A stretch of 64,000 bases of DNA, taken from assembly GCF_009914755.1 (NCBI RefSeq), contig NC_060925.1; one strand, given 5' to 3'. This document shows positions 33,157 to 47,492 of the stretch, piece after piece (the first letter of the stretch is position 1; the number at the start of each line of letters is the position of its first letter). This DNA comes from the human T2T-CHM13v2.0 reference genome, Homo sapiens. The position numbers and the translations under genes were made by a program. The notes below the pieces were generated by a model, which saw only the letters and a list, made by a program, of their open reading frames with translations, was not told the origin of the DNA and searched no databases.

Positions 33157-33241
33157 CTCGAAGTAATAAAAACCATATATGACAAATCCACAGCCAACAT
33201 CATGTTGAATGGGGAAAAGTTGAAAGCATTCCCGTTGAGAA
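33157..33241 (-). CDS. NSL1: Predicted alternative NSL1 cassette exon derived from antisense L1PB ORF2 ([28 protein letters not shown], 85 nt)
   Basis: CATCTTTGTCTTGTTCCAG acceptor, GAG|GTAAGT donor, stop-free in the exon 4 frame; shifts exon 5 to TGA at 6510-6508, giving 213 aa. Confidence 0.7.
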
Positions 33242-33395
33242 CTGGAACAAGACAAAGATGCCCACTTTCACCACTTCTATTCAACATAGTACTCAGCCAG
33301 AGCAATCAGACAAGAGAAAGAAATGAAGAAAATCCATATTGCAAAAGAGGAACCCAAACTGTCACTGTTTGCCAGTGATATGATCGTATACCTTA

Positions 33396-33765
<370 letters not shown>

Positions 33766-35005
33766 TCAAATCAAATTTAAAAACTCAACCACTTTTACAA
33801 CAGCTGCAAAAACAAACAAACAAACAAAAACTTAGGAATATACTTAACCAAGGAGGTGAAGGCCCTCTACAAGGAAAACTACAAAACACTGCTGAAAGAA
33901 ATCACAGATGACACAAACAAATGGAAAACACATCCCATGTTCATGGATGGGTAGAATCAATATTGTGAAAATGACCATACTGCCAGACGCAATCTACAAA
34001 TTCAACGCAATTCCCATCAAGATACCACCATAATTCTTCACAGAACTAGAAAAAACAATCCTAAAATTCATATGAAACCAAAAAAGAGCCCACATAGCCA
34101 AAGCAAGACTAAGGAAAAAGAACAAATCTGGAGGCTTTACATTATCTGACTTCAAACTATACTGTTAGGCCACAGTCACCAAAACAACATGGTACTGGTA
34201 TAAAAATAGGCACACAGATCAATGGAACAGAACAGAGAACTCAGAAATAAAGCCAAATACTTACAGTCAACTGATCTTTGACAAAACAAACAAAAACATA
34301 AAGTGGGGAAAGGACATCCTAATTGGCAAGCCACATGTAGAAGAATGAAACTGGATCCTCATCTCTCACCTTATACAAAAATCGACTCAAGATCGATCAA
34401 AGACTTAAATCTAAGACCTGAAACCATAAAAATTCTAGAAGATAACATCAGACAAACTCTTCTAAACATTGGCTTAGGCAAAGAATTCATGACTAACACC
34501 CCCAAAGCAAATGCAACAAAGACAAAAATAAATAAATGGGACCTAATTAAACTAAAAAGCTTCCGTAGAGCAAAAGAAATAATCAGCAGAGTAAACAGAC
34601 AACCCACAGAGTGGGAGAAAATATTCACAAATTATGTATCTGACAAAGGACTAATATCCAGAATCTACAAGAAACTCAAACAAATCAGCAAGAAAAAAAC
34701 AAATAGTCCCATCAAAAAGTGGGCAAAGGACATGGATAGACAATTCTCAAATAAGATGTACAAACAGCCAACAAACATATGAAAAAAATGCTTAACATCA
34801 CTAATCATCAGAGAAATGCAAATTAAAACCATAATGAGATACCACTTTACTCCTGCAAGAATGGCCATAATTAAAAAGTCAAAAAACAATAGATGTTGGC
34901 ATGGCTGTGTTGAGAAGGGAACACTTTCACAATGCTGGTGGGAATGTAAATTAGTACAACCACTATTGAAAACAATATGGAGATTCCTTAAAAAACTAAA
35001 AGCAG

Positions 35006-35358
<353 letters not shown>

Positions 35359-37998
35359 CTACCCCAAGGAAAATAAATCATTATATGAAAAAGAGACATG
35401 CACACACATGTTTATAACAGCACAATTAGCAACTGCAAAAATATGGAACCAGCCCAAATGCCCATCAACCAACTAGTGCATAAAGAAAATGTGAATCCTA
35501 CTCAGTCATAAAAAAGAACAAAATAATAGCATTCGCAGCAACCTGGATGGAGTTGGAGTCCATCATTCTAAGTGAAGTAACCTAGGAACAGAAAACCAAG
35601 CATTGTATGTTCTCATTTATAAGTGGGAGCTAAGCTATGAGGATGCAAAGGCATAAGAATGATATAATAGACTTTAGGGACTCTTTGGGGTAAGGTTGTG
35701 GGGCTGAGGGAATAAAAGACTACATTTTGGGTACAGTGTACACTGCTTGGGTGAGGAGTGCACTAAAACCTCAGAAATCACCACTAAATAGCTCATCCAT
35801 GTAACCAAAAACCACCTGTGACCCAAAAACTATTGAAATAAAATTTAAAAAATATACAGACTAGATCTAGCAGAATAAAGAATTTCAGAACTTCAGCTAC
35901 TCAAGAGACTAAGGCAGGAGGATCCCTTGAGCCTCCCAGGAGGTGGAGGCTGCAGTAAGCTATGATCACTCCACTGCACTCCAGCCTGGGTGACAGAGTG
36001 AGACCCTGTCTCAAAACAAACAATGACAATAAAATGGAGGAGGAATAAAAAAAAAAAAATGAAGAAAGCCTAACTGACTTTGGGACAGCATAAACTGGCC
36101 AAATATTTGCATTTTGGGTGTTGTAGAGGGAGAAGGGATGGGTAAAGGAAAAGAAAATCTATTTAACAACATAGTAGCTAAAAACTTCTCAAATCTTGCA
36201 AAAGATATACACATACAGACACAGGAAGCTCAAAATTCTGCAAATAGATTGAATCCCAAAAGGTCTTCACCAAGGCACATTATACTCAAACTATCAAAAG
36301 GCAAAGAAAGAGATAAAATTCTAAAAACAGGAGAAAGGCCTAAAGTTACATAGAAGGGAAGCTTCCTTTAGACTAACAGTGTATCTCTCAGCAGGATCAT
36401 TACAGGCCAGGAGAGAATGCAATGATATATTTAAAGTGCTGAAAGAAAAAAACCTGTCAGCCAAGAATATTATTCCCAGAAAAGCTATCCTTCAAAAATG
36501 AAGGAGAAATAAAGTCTTCTCAGACAAGTAAAAACTGAAGGAATTCATTACTGCTAGACCAGCCCTCCAAAAAATGCTTAAGGAAGTTCTACATCTGGAA
36601 GCAAAAAGACAGTATCTACCATCATGTGAAAACACATAAAAGTATAAAACTCACTGGTAGAACAGACATACAAACGAGAGAGAGAGAAAAAACTCAAATG
36701 TTACCACTACAGAAAACCACTAAACCACAATGATAAACAATGAGAGAAAGGAACAAAGGATATATAAAACAACCAGAACTCAACTAATAAAATGACAGGA
36801 ATAAGCCCTTACATATCAATAATAATAACCTTGAATGTAAATAGATTATCCACTTAAAAGACAAATAATAGCTTAATGGATAAAAAAGTATGGCCCAACT
36901 ATATGCTGCCTACAAGAACCTCACTTCACTTGTAAAAACACATACAGACTAAAAGTGAAAAAATGGAAAAAGATACTCCACACAAATGGAAACCAAAAGT
37001 GAGGGGGAGTAGCTATACTTAGATCAAAGAGATTTTAAGTCAAGAACAGTAAAAAAGGACAAAGGAGGCCATTACATAATGATAAAGGGATCAATTCAGA
37101 AAGAGGATATAATAATTCTAAATATATATGTACCCAACACTAGAGCATCCAGATTAAAGCAAATATTATCAATCTAAAGAGAGAGACACCAACACAATAG
37201 TAGTCAAGGACTTCAACAGCCCACTCTCAACAGAAAAGATAAATGAAACTGATAAATGGCTAGCTAGACTAACCAAGATTGGAAACAAAAAAAGGAGGCA
37301 TTATAACTGATACCACAGAAATATAAATGATCATCAGAGACTATTAAAACAGAACAACTATACACTAACAAACTGAAAAGCCTAAAGGAAATGAATAAAT
37401 TCCTGGACATATACAACCTACGTTGATTGAACCAGGAAAAAAACAAACAAACAAACAAACAAAAAAACCAGAAAATCTGAATAGACCAATAACACATAAC
37501 AAGATTGAATCAGTAATAAAAAGGCTCCCAAAAGAGAAAAGCTGCAGACCAGATGGCTTTCCTGCTAAATTCTACCAAACTTATAAAGAAGAATTAACAT
37601 CAATTCTTTTCAAACTATTCCAAAAACCTCAAGAGGGAAGAATTGTTCCTAACTCATTCTGTGAGAACAGTATTACCCTAATACTAAAACCAGACAAGGA
37701 CACAACAAAAAAGAAAACTACAGGCCAATATCCCTGATGAACAGACACAAAAATCCTTAACAAAATACTAGCAAACTGAATTGAACAACACATCAAAAGT
37801 CCCACTAGATCATAATACACCCTGATCAAGTGGGATTTATCTCAGAGATATGAGAATGGCTCAACATGTGCAAACCAATGAGTGTGATACATCACATCAA
37901 CAGAATGAAGCACAAATATCATACTATCATCTCAATAGATGCAGAAAAGGCATTTGATAAAATTCAACATTCTGTCATGATAAAAAAAACTCTCAACA

Positions 37999-38305
<307 letters not shown>

Positions 38306-38831
38306 TCAACAAAAGAATGTACCTCAACATAATAAAAGCCACATATGACAAACCTGCAGCTAACATACTGAATGAGGAAAAGCTAAAAGTCTTTCAAGAA
38401 TTGGAACAAGACAAAGATGCCCACTTTCACCACTCCTATTCAACATAGCACTGGAAGTCCTAGCCAGAGCAATCAGGCAAGAGAAACAGAAGGCTTCCAA
38501 ACTGGAAATGAGGAAGTCAAACTGTCCATCTTTGCAGATGACATGTTCTTACATAGAGAAAAACCTAAAGACTCCACCAAAAAAAAAAAAAAAAAAAAAC
38601 CTTAGAACTAATAGACAAATTCAGTAAAGTTGCAGGATACAAAACAAACACAAAAATCAGTAGTGTTTCTATACACCAATAATGAACTAGCTAAAGAAGA
38701 AATCAAGAAGTCAATCCCATTTATAATAGCTATAAAAAAAATAAAATATCTGGAAATAAATTTAACCAAGGAAGCAAAAGACCTCTATAAGGAAAACTAC
38801 AGTACACTATTAAAAGCAATTGAAGAGAATA

Positions 38832-39195
38832 TGATATAGTTTGGCTGTGTCCCCACCCAAATCTCATCTTGAATTGTAGCTCCCATAATTCCCACATATT
38901 ACAGGAGGGACCTGGTGGGAGATAATTGAATCATGGGGGCGGTTTCCTCCATACTGCTCTTGTAACAGTGAATAAATTCTCATGAGATCCAATGGTTTTA
39001 TAAGGGAAAACCCCTTTAGTTTGGCTCTCTGATTCTCTCTTGCCACCGCCATTTAAGAAGTGCCGTTTGTCTTCTGCCATGATTGTGAGGCCTCCTCAGG
39101 CATGTTGAACTGTGAGTCCATTAAACCACTCTTACTTTATAAATTACCCAGTGTCAGGTATGTCTTTGTCAGCAGCATGAAAACAGACTAGTACA
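38832..39195 (+). mobile_element. THE1C-like solo LTR (MaLR)
   Basis: TGATAT...TTTGGCTGTGTCCCCACCCAAATCTCATCTTGAATTGTAGCTCCC...GACTAGTACA; 5-bp TSD GAATA/GGATA. Confidence 0.88.
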
Positions 39196-39344
39196 GGATA
39201 CAAATAGAAAGACATCCCTTGTGCACAAATCAGAAGAATTAACATTATAAAATAACCATAATACCCAAAGCAATCTACGAATACAATGTAATTCCTACCA
39301 AAATACCAATAACATTCCTCACAGAAATAGAGAAAGCAATCCTA

Positions 39345-39672
<328 letters not shown>

Positions 39673-41378
39673 CTAAAATTAGTACAAAACCACAAGAGTC
39701 CGAATAGCCAAAGCAATACTGAACCAAAATAATAAAGCTGGAAACATCATACTACCTCACTTCAAAATATACTACAAAGCTACAGTAACCAAAATAACAT
39801 GATATTGGTATTTAAAAAGACATGGACCAGTGGAACAGAACAGATGCATGGAAATCTAGGTATTTATAGCCACTGATTTTCAACAAAAGCACCAAGAACA
39901 CACAATGGGGAAAGGACACCCTCTTCAATAAATGGTGCTGGGAAAATTGGATATCCATATGCACAAGAATAAAACTAGACTCCTATCTTTCATCATAGAA
40001 AAATCAGCTCAAGACGGATTAATGACTTAAACATAATACCCAAAACTATAAAACTACTATAGGGAAACATAGGAAAAACACTCTAGGACATCCAGGCAAA
40101 GATTTTACGGCTAGGACCTCAAAAGCACAGGGAACAAAAACAGACAAATGGGATTACATCAAACTAAAAAGTTTCTGCACAGCAAAGGAAACAATCAACA
40201 GAGTAATGAGACACCTGTTGAATGGGAGAAACTATATGCAAACTATTCATCCAATGGGGGACTAGTATCCAATATACACAAGAAGCTCAAATAACTCAAC
40301 AGCAAAGAAAAAAAAATCCTGTTAAAAAGAAGGTAAAGGATCTGAATAGACATTTCTCAAAAGAAGACATGCAAATAGCCAAAAGATATATGAAAAGATG
40401 CTCAACATAACTAAACATCAGGGAAATGCAAATCAAAATCACAATGAGTTATCAACTTACCCCAGTTAAGATATGACTACTATCAAAAAGATAAAAAATA
40501 ACAAATGCTGGTGAGGATGTGAAGAAAAGGGAACTTTTAGACATTGTTGGTCAGAATGTAAATTAGTATAGCTACAATGGAAAACAATATGGAGGTTCCT
40601 CAAAAAAAAACTAAAAATAGAATTACCATATGCTCCACCATTCCTGCCACTGGGTATTCATCCAAAGGAAACAAAATCAGTATATCTAGGCAATATCCAC
40701 ATCCCCATTTTTATTACAGCACTATTCACAATAGCCTAGATACGGAATCAACCTAAGTGTCCATCAACAGATGAATGAATAAAGAAAAGTGGTGTATATA
40801 CACAATGGAATACTATTCCATCATAAAAAAGAAAATCCGGTCATTTGCAGCAACAAGGATGGAACTGGCATTAGGTTAAGTGAAATAAGCCAGGGACAGA
40901 AAGACAAAAAGAAAAAAAAAAAATCTCATGTTCTCACTCACATGTGAGAACTAAAAAAATTGATCTCATGGAGGTAGAGAGTAGAATGATAGTTACCAGA
41001 GGCTGGGAAGGGTATGTGCGGAGCGGGGAAGGGAGTATGGAGAGGATGCAGAGAAGTTAGTTGGGGGTGGGGCAGGGGTTTAAAAAAGAATTATTTGGGT
41101 AAAGACATACAGTTAGATAGAAGAATAAGACCCAGTGCTTGATAGCACAGTAAGGTGACAATGATTAAAAATAATATGTCATATATTTCAAAATAGCTAG
41201 AAGAGAAGATCTGAAATGTTCCCAGCACAAAGAAACAATAAATATTTAAGGTAATGGATATCTTAAATACCTGTTTTGATCATTACACATTGTATATATG
41301 TATCAAAATATCACATGTACCCCATAAATATGTACAAATATTATGTACCAATTTAAAAAAAATTTAAGGAAAGTGAGA

Positions 41379-42390
41379 ATGAGAGAAAATATCTGCAAAT
41401 CATATATCTGATAAGGGACTAGCGTCCAGAATACATAAAGAACCAGTATAACTCAACAATAAAAAGACAAATACCTCCCTCAAAAAACAAAGGATCTGAA
41501 TAGATACTTCTCCAAAGAAGATATACAGATAGCCAATAAGCACATGAAACGATGCTCAACATTGTTAGCCATTACAGAAATTCAATTTAAAATCACAATA
41601 AGATACCACTTTATACCTACTAGGTTGATAAAAGAGCAGACAGTAACAAGAGTTGGTGAGGGCATAAAGAACTGGAACCCCTACACACTGAGGGAGGAAT
41701 GTAAATGGTGCAGGCACTTTAGAAAACAGTCTGGCAGTTCCTCAAAAGCTACATAAAGAGTTGCCACATGACTCAGCAGTTCCATTTGTGGGTATACATA
41801 CTCTGGAGAACTGGAAACATATCCGTACAGGAACTTGTACATGAATGTTCACAGCAGCATCATTCGTAGTAGCCAAAATGAGTAAAATGTCATTGAGTAA
41901 AATGTCTGTACATTCTAGTGTTAACAAGTGACAAGAAGAAAAGTTTTTTTAAAAAGTCTGTATACTCATGAATATATAAATATATAAAATACATAGTATA
42001 TGTCCATACAATGGAATATTATTTTGCAATAAAAAGAAATGAAGTACTGATACATACTACAACATAAATGAACTTTGAAAGCATTATGCTAATTGAAAGA
42101 AGCTGATCACAAGGGACCACATACCACATGATTCAATTTATATGAAATGTCCAGAATAGTCAGGTCTATAGAGATAGAAAGTACATTAGTGGCCGCCTAG
42201 GACCAGGGAAGCAAGATGAGAGACTGGAAATAATGGCTAAGGAGTGTTGGGTTTCTTTTCAGAATAATAAACCATTTTTAAAATTGATTATCATGATGTT
42301 GCATAACTCTGTGAATAAACTAAAGCCACTGAGTTGTACACCTTAAGTGGGTGAACTGTATGGTATATGAATTATATCTTGATAAAGCCA
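41379..42390 (+). mobile_element. Old L1M (L1MB-like) right part and 3'UTR
   Basis: Continues the 25300-26224 fragment (…GAGAAAATATCTGCAAATCATATATCTGATAAGGG). Confidence 0.8.
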
Positions 42391-42794
42391 TTTATAAAGA
42401 GTGTCAAAGATAATGATGTAATAGATTCAGTATAATGAATGAGAGTAAATAAAACAAATTTCAAAAGCCTGCAATGTCAGCACTTTGGGAGGCCAAGGCA
42501 GGAGGATCACTTGAGGCCAGGAGTTAGAGACCAGCCTAGGCAATATAGAAAGACCCCACCTCTACCAGAAAAAAAAAACAAAACAAAACTCAATACCAAG
42601 GATGAAAGAAAAACTAAGGGAGTTTACTACCCACAGACTTTTAAAGTATCTACAGAGGCACTTCAGCAAGAATAAAAGTGAACACAGAAAAAAAGGTATA
42701 AAATTCAAGAAACAACTTACAAAATTTGGGAATTTTGATTCATAAATGTAATTAATCATTGAGTACAAAAAAAGTAGTAACCATAAATTGGTGG

Positions 42795-43550
<756 letters not shown>

Positions 43551-44059
43551 TTTATAGGAAACACAAATGGAACAGAAACACAGTATACAGTTTCCAAACT
43601 GAGAAAGAGAAAAATAAGAGGAAAAAGAAAATTCACTCAACACAATGGAAGGCAATAAAAGGAAAACGGTAAAACAAAACAAAACAAAACAACAACAACA
43701 ACAACAAAAAAAACCAACAACAACAAAAACTTCTATATAGTATTTGGAAACTAAAAAATAGAGCTGAACTATGAAAGTTCTACATGTCAATGCTTGTGGT
43801 ATGTAGCTAAATCAGGACTTAGAGATAAATGTGTAGCCTTAAATGAATTTATTAAAAAATAAGACAAACAAATGAATTAAGTGCTCAATTCAAGAAGCTA
43901 AAAATAACGGGAACCTCACAAAAACAGGAGGATCATAATAAAGATTAGAAATCAAGGAACCAGAAAACAAACAAACAAAAAAATTAGAGAAGGCAACAAA
44001 ACTAAAAGCTGACTCTCTGAAAAGACTAAAAAAAAAAAAACAAAAACAAAAACAACCTA

Positions 44060-44349
44060 GGCTGGTGCAGTAGCTCATGCCTGTAATCCTAGCACTTTTG
44101 GAGGCCAAGGCAGGAGAAGCACTTGAGCCCAGGAGTTCCAGACCAGCCTGGGTAACATAGTGGGACTCCATCGCTACAAAAAAAAATTTTTTAACTAGCC
44201 AGGCATGGTGACACATGCCTGAAGTCCCAGCTACTCAGGAGGTTGAGGCTGGAAGATCACTTGAGCCCAAGAGATTGAGGTGGCAATGAGCCATGATCAT
44301 ACCACTGCAGTTCAGCCTGGGTGGCTTCAGCCTGCCTCAAAAAAAAAAA
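44060..44349 (+). mobile_element. Alu (AluJ-like)
   Basis: Dimeric Alu; AACCTAG on both flanks. Confidence 0.9.
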
Positions 44350-45360
44350 GGAACCTAGAACAAGATGTCAAGAAAAAAAGGAACAATCTAAGTTAGTCCC
44401 CCTGTAAAGGAATGGATAGTGGAATATTCATAAACTAGAATACTATATACAATAGCTAAATGAATAGAGAGCTCTGCGTGTACACAACGTTGATGGAGAA
44501 AAAAGTTACAAAATGATATGATCAGTATGATACAATTTATATAAAAACTTAAATCCCATACATTGTTTATGGATATGTATCTATAAATTAAGTATAAAAA
44601 CATGAATAGCAAGGATTTACACAGCTTGAGGATCCTGGTTATACTTCTGAGGTAAGAGAGGGAGTGGAATGGAATAGTGGAAGACACAAAGAAAGTTTCA
44701 ACTATATCTGAACATTTTAGTTCCTAAAAAGGTCTGAAACAAGTATGACAAAATGTGATTAACACTTAAATATGGGTGGTGGGAACAGAGATGTTCATTA
44801 TGTTGCATTCTTTATTTTCTATATTTCTTTCAAATATGTGAAATATTTCGAAGAATAAAATAATCACACTGCCCTATGTATGCAGAATGAAATGGAAGAG
44901 AGCAAGAGTGAAACAAGAAGACCTTCTAAGAGAGCATTTGTAGAAATCCTGGCTAGAGTGATGGTAACCTAGAATAGAGATGACAATAACAAAATGAAGA
45001 GAAGTCAACGAATGTGAGATTATATTAAGAACAATTTATGGGACTTATTGATGGACTGGGTATGAGGAGCTTGACAGAAGAAGGAATCAAGGTTAACTTC
45101 AGCTAAAGCAACATGTAGGCATAGATGCCACTTACTCAAACAGGGAAAGGTGGCAAAGGAACCAGTTAGGGGGCATGAAAGAATCCTGTTTTATGTTCAT
45201 CTTTTATTTCTCCTACTCAGACATAAGCTCTTTATGGGGAGAATCTGTCTGCTTTATCTTTGTATCCCCCAAAGTTCATAATGTAACTAAGTTGAATCAA
45301 TGTTATACACACTGCCTAGTTTTGAAAAACAGACAACCCTCTTTAAAAGCGTCAGTTTTC

Positions 45361-47492
45361 GCTCTCTCCTCTCTCCTCTCTCTCCCCTCTCCCCACGGTC
45401 TCCCTCTGATGCCGAGCCGAAGCTGGACTGTACTGCTGCCATCTCGGCTCACTGCAACCTCCCTGCCTGATTCTCCTGCCTCAGCCTGCTGAGTGCCTGC
45501 GATTGCAGGCGCGCGCCGCCACGCCTGACTGGTTTTCGTATTTTTTTGGTGGAGACGGGGTTTCACTGTGTTGGCCGGGCTGGTCTCCAGCTCCTAACCG
45601 CGAGTGATCTGCCAGCCTCGGCCTCCCGAGGTGCCGGGATTGCAGACGGAGTCTCGTTCACTCAGTGCTCAATGGTGCCCAGGCTGGAGTGCAGTGGCGT
45701 GATCTCGGCTCGCTACAACCTCCACCTCCCAGCAGCCTGCCTTGGCCTCCCAAAGTGCCGAGATTGCAGCCTCTGCCCGGCCGCCACCCCGTCTGGGAAG
45801 TGAGGAGCGTCTCTGCCTGGCCGCCTATCGTCTGGGATGTGAGGAGCCCCTCTGCCCGGCTGCCCAGTCTGGAAAGTGAGGAGCGTCTCTGCCCAGCCGC
45901 CATCCCATCTAGGAAGTGAGGAGCGCCTCTTCCCGGCCGCCATCCCATCTAGGAAGTGAGGAGCGTCTCTGCCCGGCCGCCCATCGTCTGAGATGTGGGG
46001 AGCGCCTCTGCCCGGCCACGACCCCATCTAGGAAGTGAGGAGCGTCTCTGCCCGGCCGCCCCGTCTGAGAAGTGAGGAGACCCTCCGCCTGGCAACCGCC
46101 CCATCTGAGAAATGAGGAGCCCCTCCGCCCGGCAACCACACCGTCTGGGAAGTGAGGAGCGTCTCCGCCCGGCCAGCCGCCCCGTCTGGGAGGGAGGTGG
46201 GGGGTGGGGTCAGCCCCCCTCCCGGCCAGCCGCCCCGTCTCGGAGGGAGGTGGGGGTCAGCCCCCCGCCCAGCCAGCCGCCCCGTCCGGGAGGGAGGTGG
46301 GGGGGTCAGCCCCCCTCCCGGCCAGCCGCCCCATCTCAGAGGGAGGTGGGGGGGTCAGCCCCCCGCCCGGCCAGCCGCCCCGTCCGGGAGGTGAGGGGCG
46401 CCTCTGCCCGGCCGCCCCTACTGGGAAGTGAGGAGCCCCTCTGCACGGCCAGCCGCCCCGTCCGGGAGGGAGGTGGGGGGGTCAGCCCCCCGCCCAGCCA
46501 GCCGCCCCGTCCGGGAGGGAGGTGGGGGGGTCAGCCCCCCACCCGGCCAGCCACCCCGTCCGGGAGGGAGGTGGGGGGGTCAGCCCCCCGCCCGGTCAGC
46601 TGCCCCATCTGGGAGGTGAGGGGCGCCTCTGCCTGGCCGCCCCTACTGGGAAGTGAGGAGCCCCACTGCCCGGCCAGCCGCCCCATCCGGGAGGGAGGTG
46701 GGGGGGTCAGCCCCCCGCCCAGCCAGCCGCCCCGTCCGGGAGGGAGGTGGGGGGGTCAGCCCCCCGCCCGGCCAGCCGCCCCGTCCGGGAGGGAGGTGGG
46801 GGGGTCAGCCCCCCGCCCGACCAGCCGCCCCGTCCGGGAGGGAGGTGGGGGGGTCAGCCCCCCGCCCGAACAGCCACCCAGTCCGGGAGGTGAGGGGCGC
46901 CTCTGCCCGGCCGCCCCTACTGGGAAGTGAGGAGCCCCTCTGCCCGGCCGCCACCCCGTCTGGGAGGTGTACCCAACAGCTCATTGAGAACGGGCCATGA
47001 TGACAATGGCGGTTTTGTGGAATAGAAAGGGGGGAAAGGTGGGGAAAAGATTGAGAAATCGGATGGTTGCCGTGTCTGTGTAGAAAGAAGTAGACATGGG
47101 AAACTTTTCATTTTGTTCTGTACTAAGAAAAATTCTTCGGCCTTGGGATCCTGTTGATCTGTGACCTTACCCCCAACCCTGTGCTCTCTGAAACATGTGC
47201 TGTGTCCACTCAGGGTTAAATGGATTAAGGGTGGTGCAAGATGTGCTTTGTTAAACAGATGCTTGAAGGCAGCGTGCTCGTTGAGAGTCATCACCACTCC
47301 CTAATCTCAAGTACCCAGGGACACAAACACTGCGGAAGGCCGCAGGGTCCTCTGCCTAGGAAAACCAGAGACCTTTGTTCACTTGTTTATCTGCTGACCT
47401 TCCCTCCACTATTGTCCTATGACCCTGCCAAATCCCCCTCTGTGAGAAACACCCAAGAATGATCAATAAAAAAAAAAAAAAAGGAAAAAAAA
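45361..47492 (+). mobile_element. SVA retrotransposon (SVA_D-like), near full length, antisense to NSL1
   Basis: Short degenerate CCCTCT head, Alu-like domain, GC-rich VNTR (~45770-46970), SINE-R, AATAAA + poly(A); TSD AAAAG(C/T)GTCAGTTTTC at 45345-45360 and 47493-47508; TTT/AAAA L1 endonuclease site. Confidence 0.96.

Noticed and set aside
46112-46930. 272-aa Pro/Gly/Arg-rich ORF and overlapping ORFs
   Set aside because: Translation of the stop-poor SVA VNTR; no splice or promoter evidence for a gene
45770-46970. Repeat array superficially like CRISPR or a novel tandem system
   Set aside because: No unique spacers; it is the SVA VNTR in a human locus
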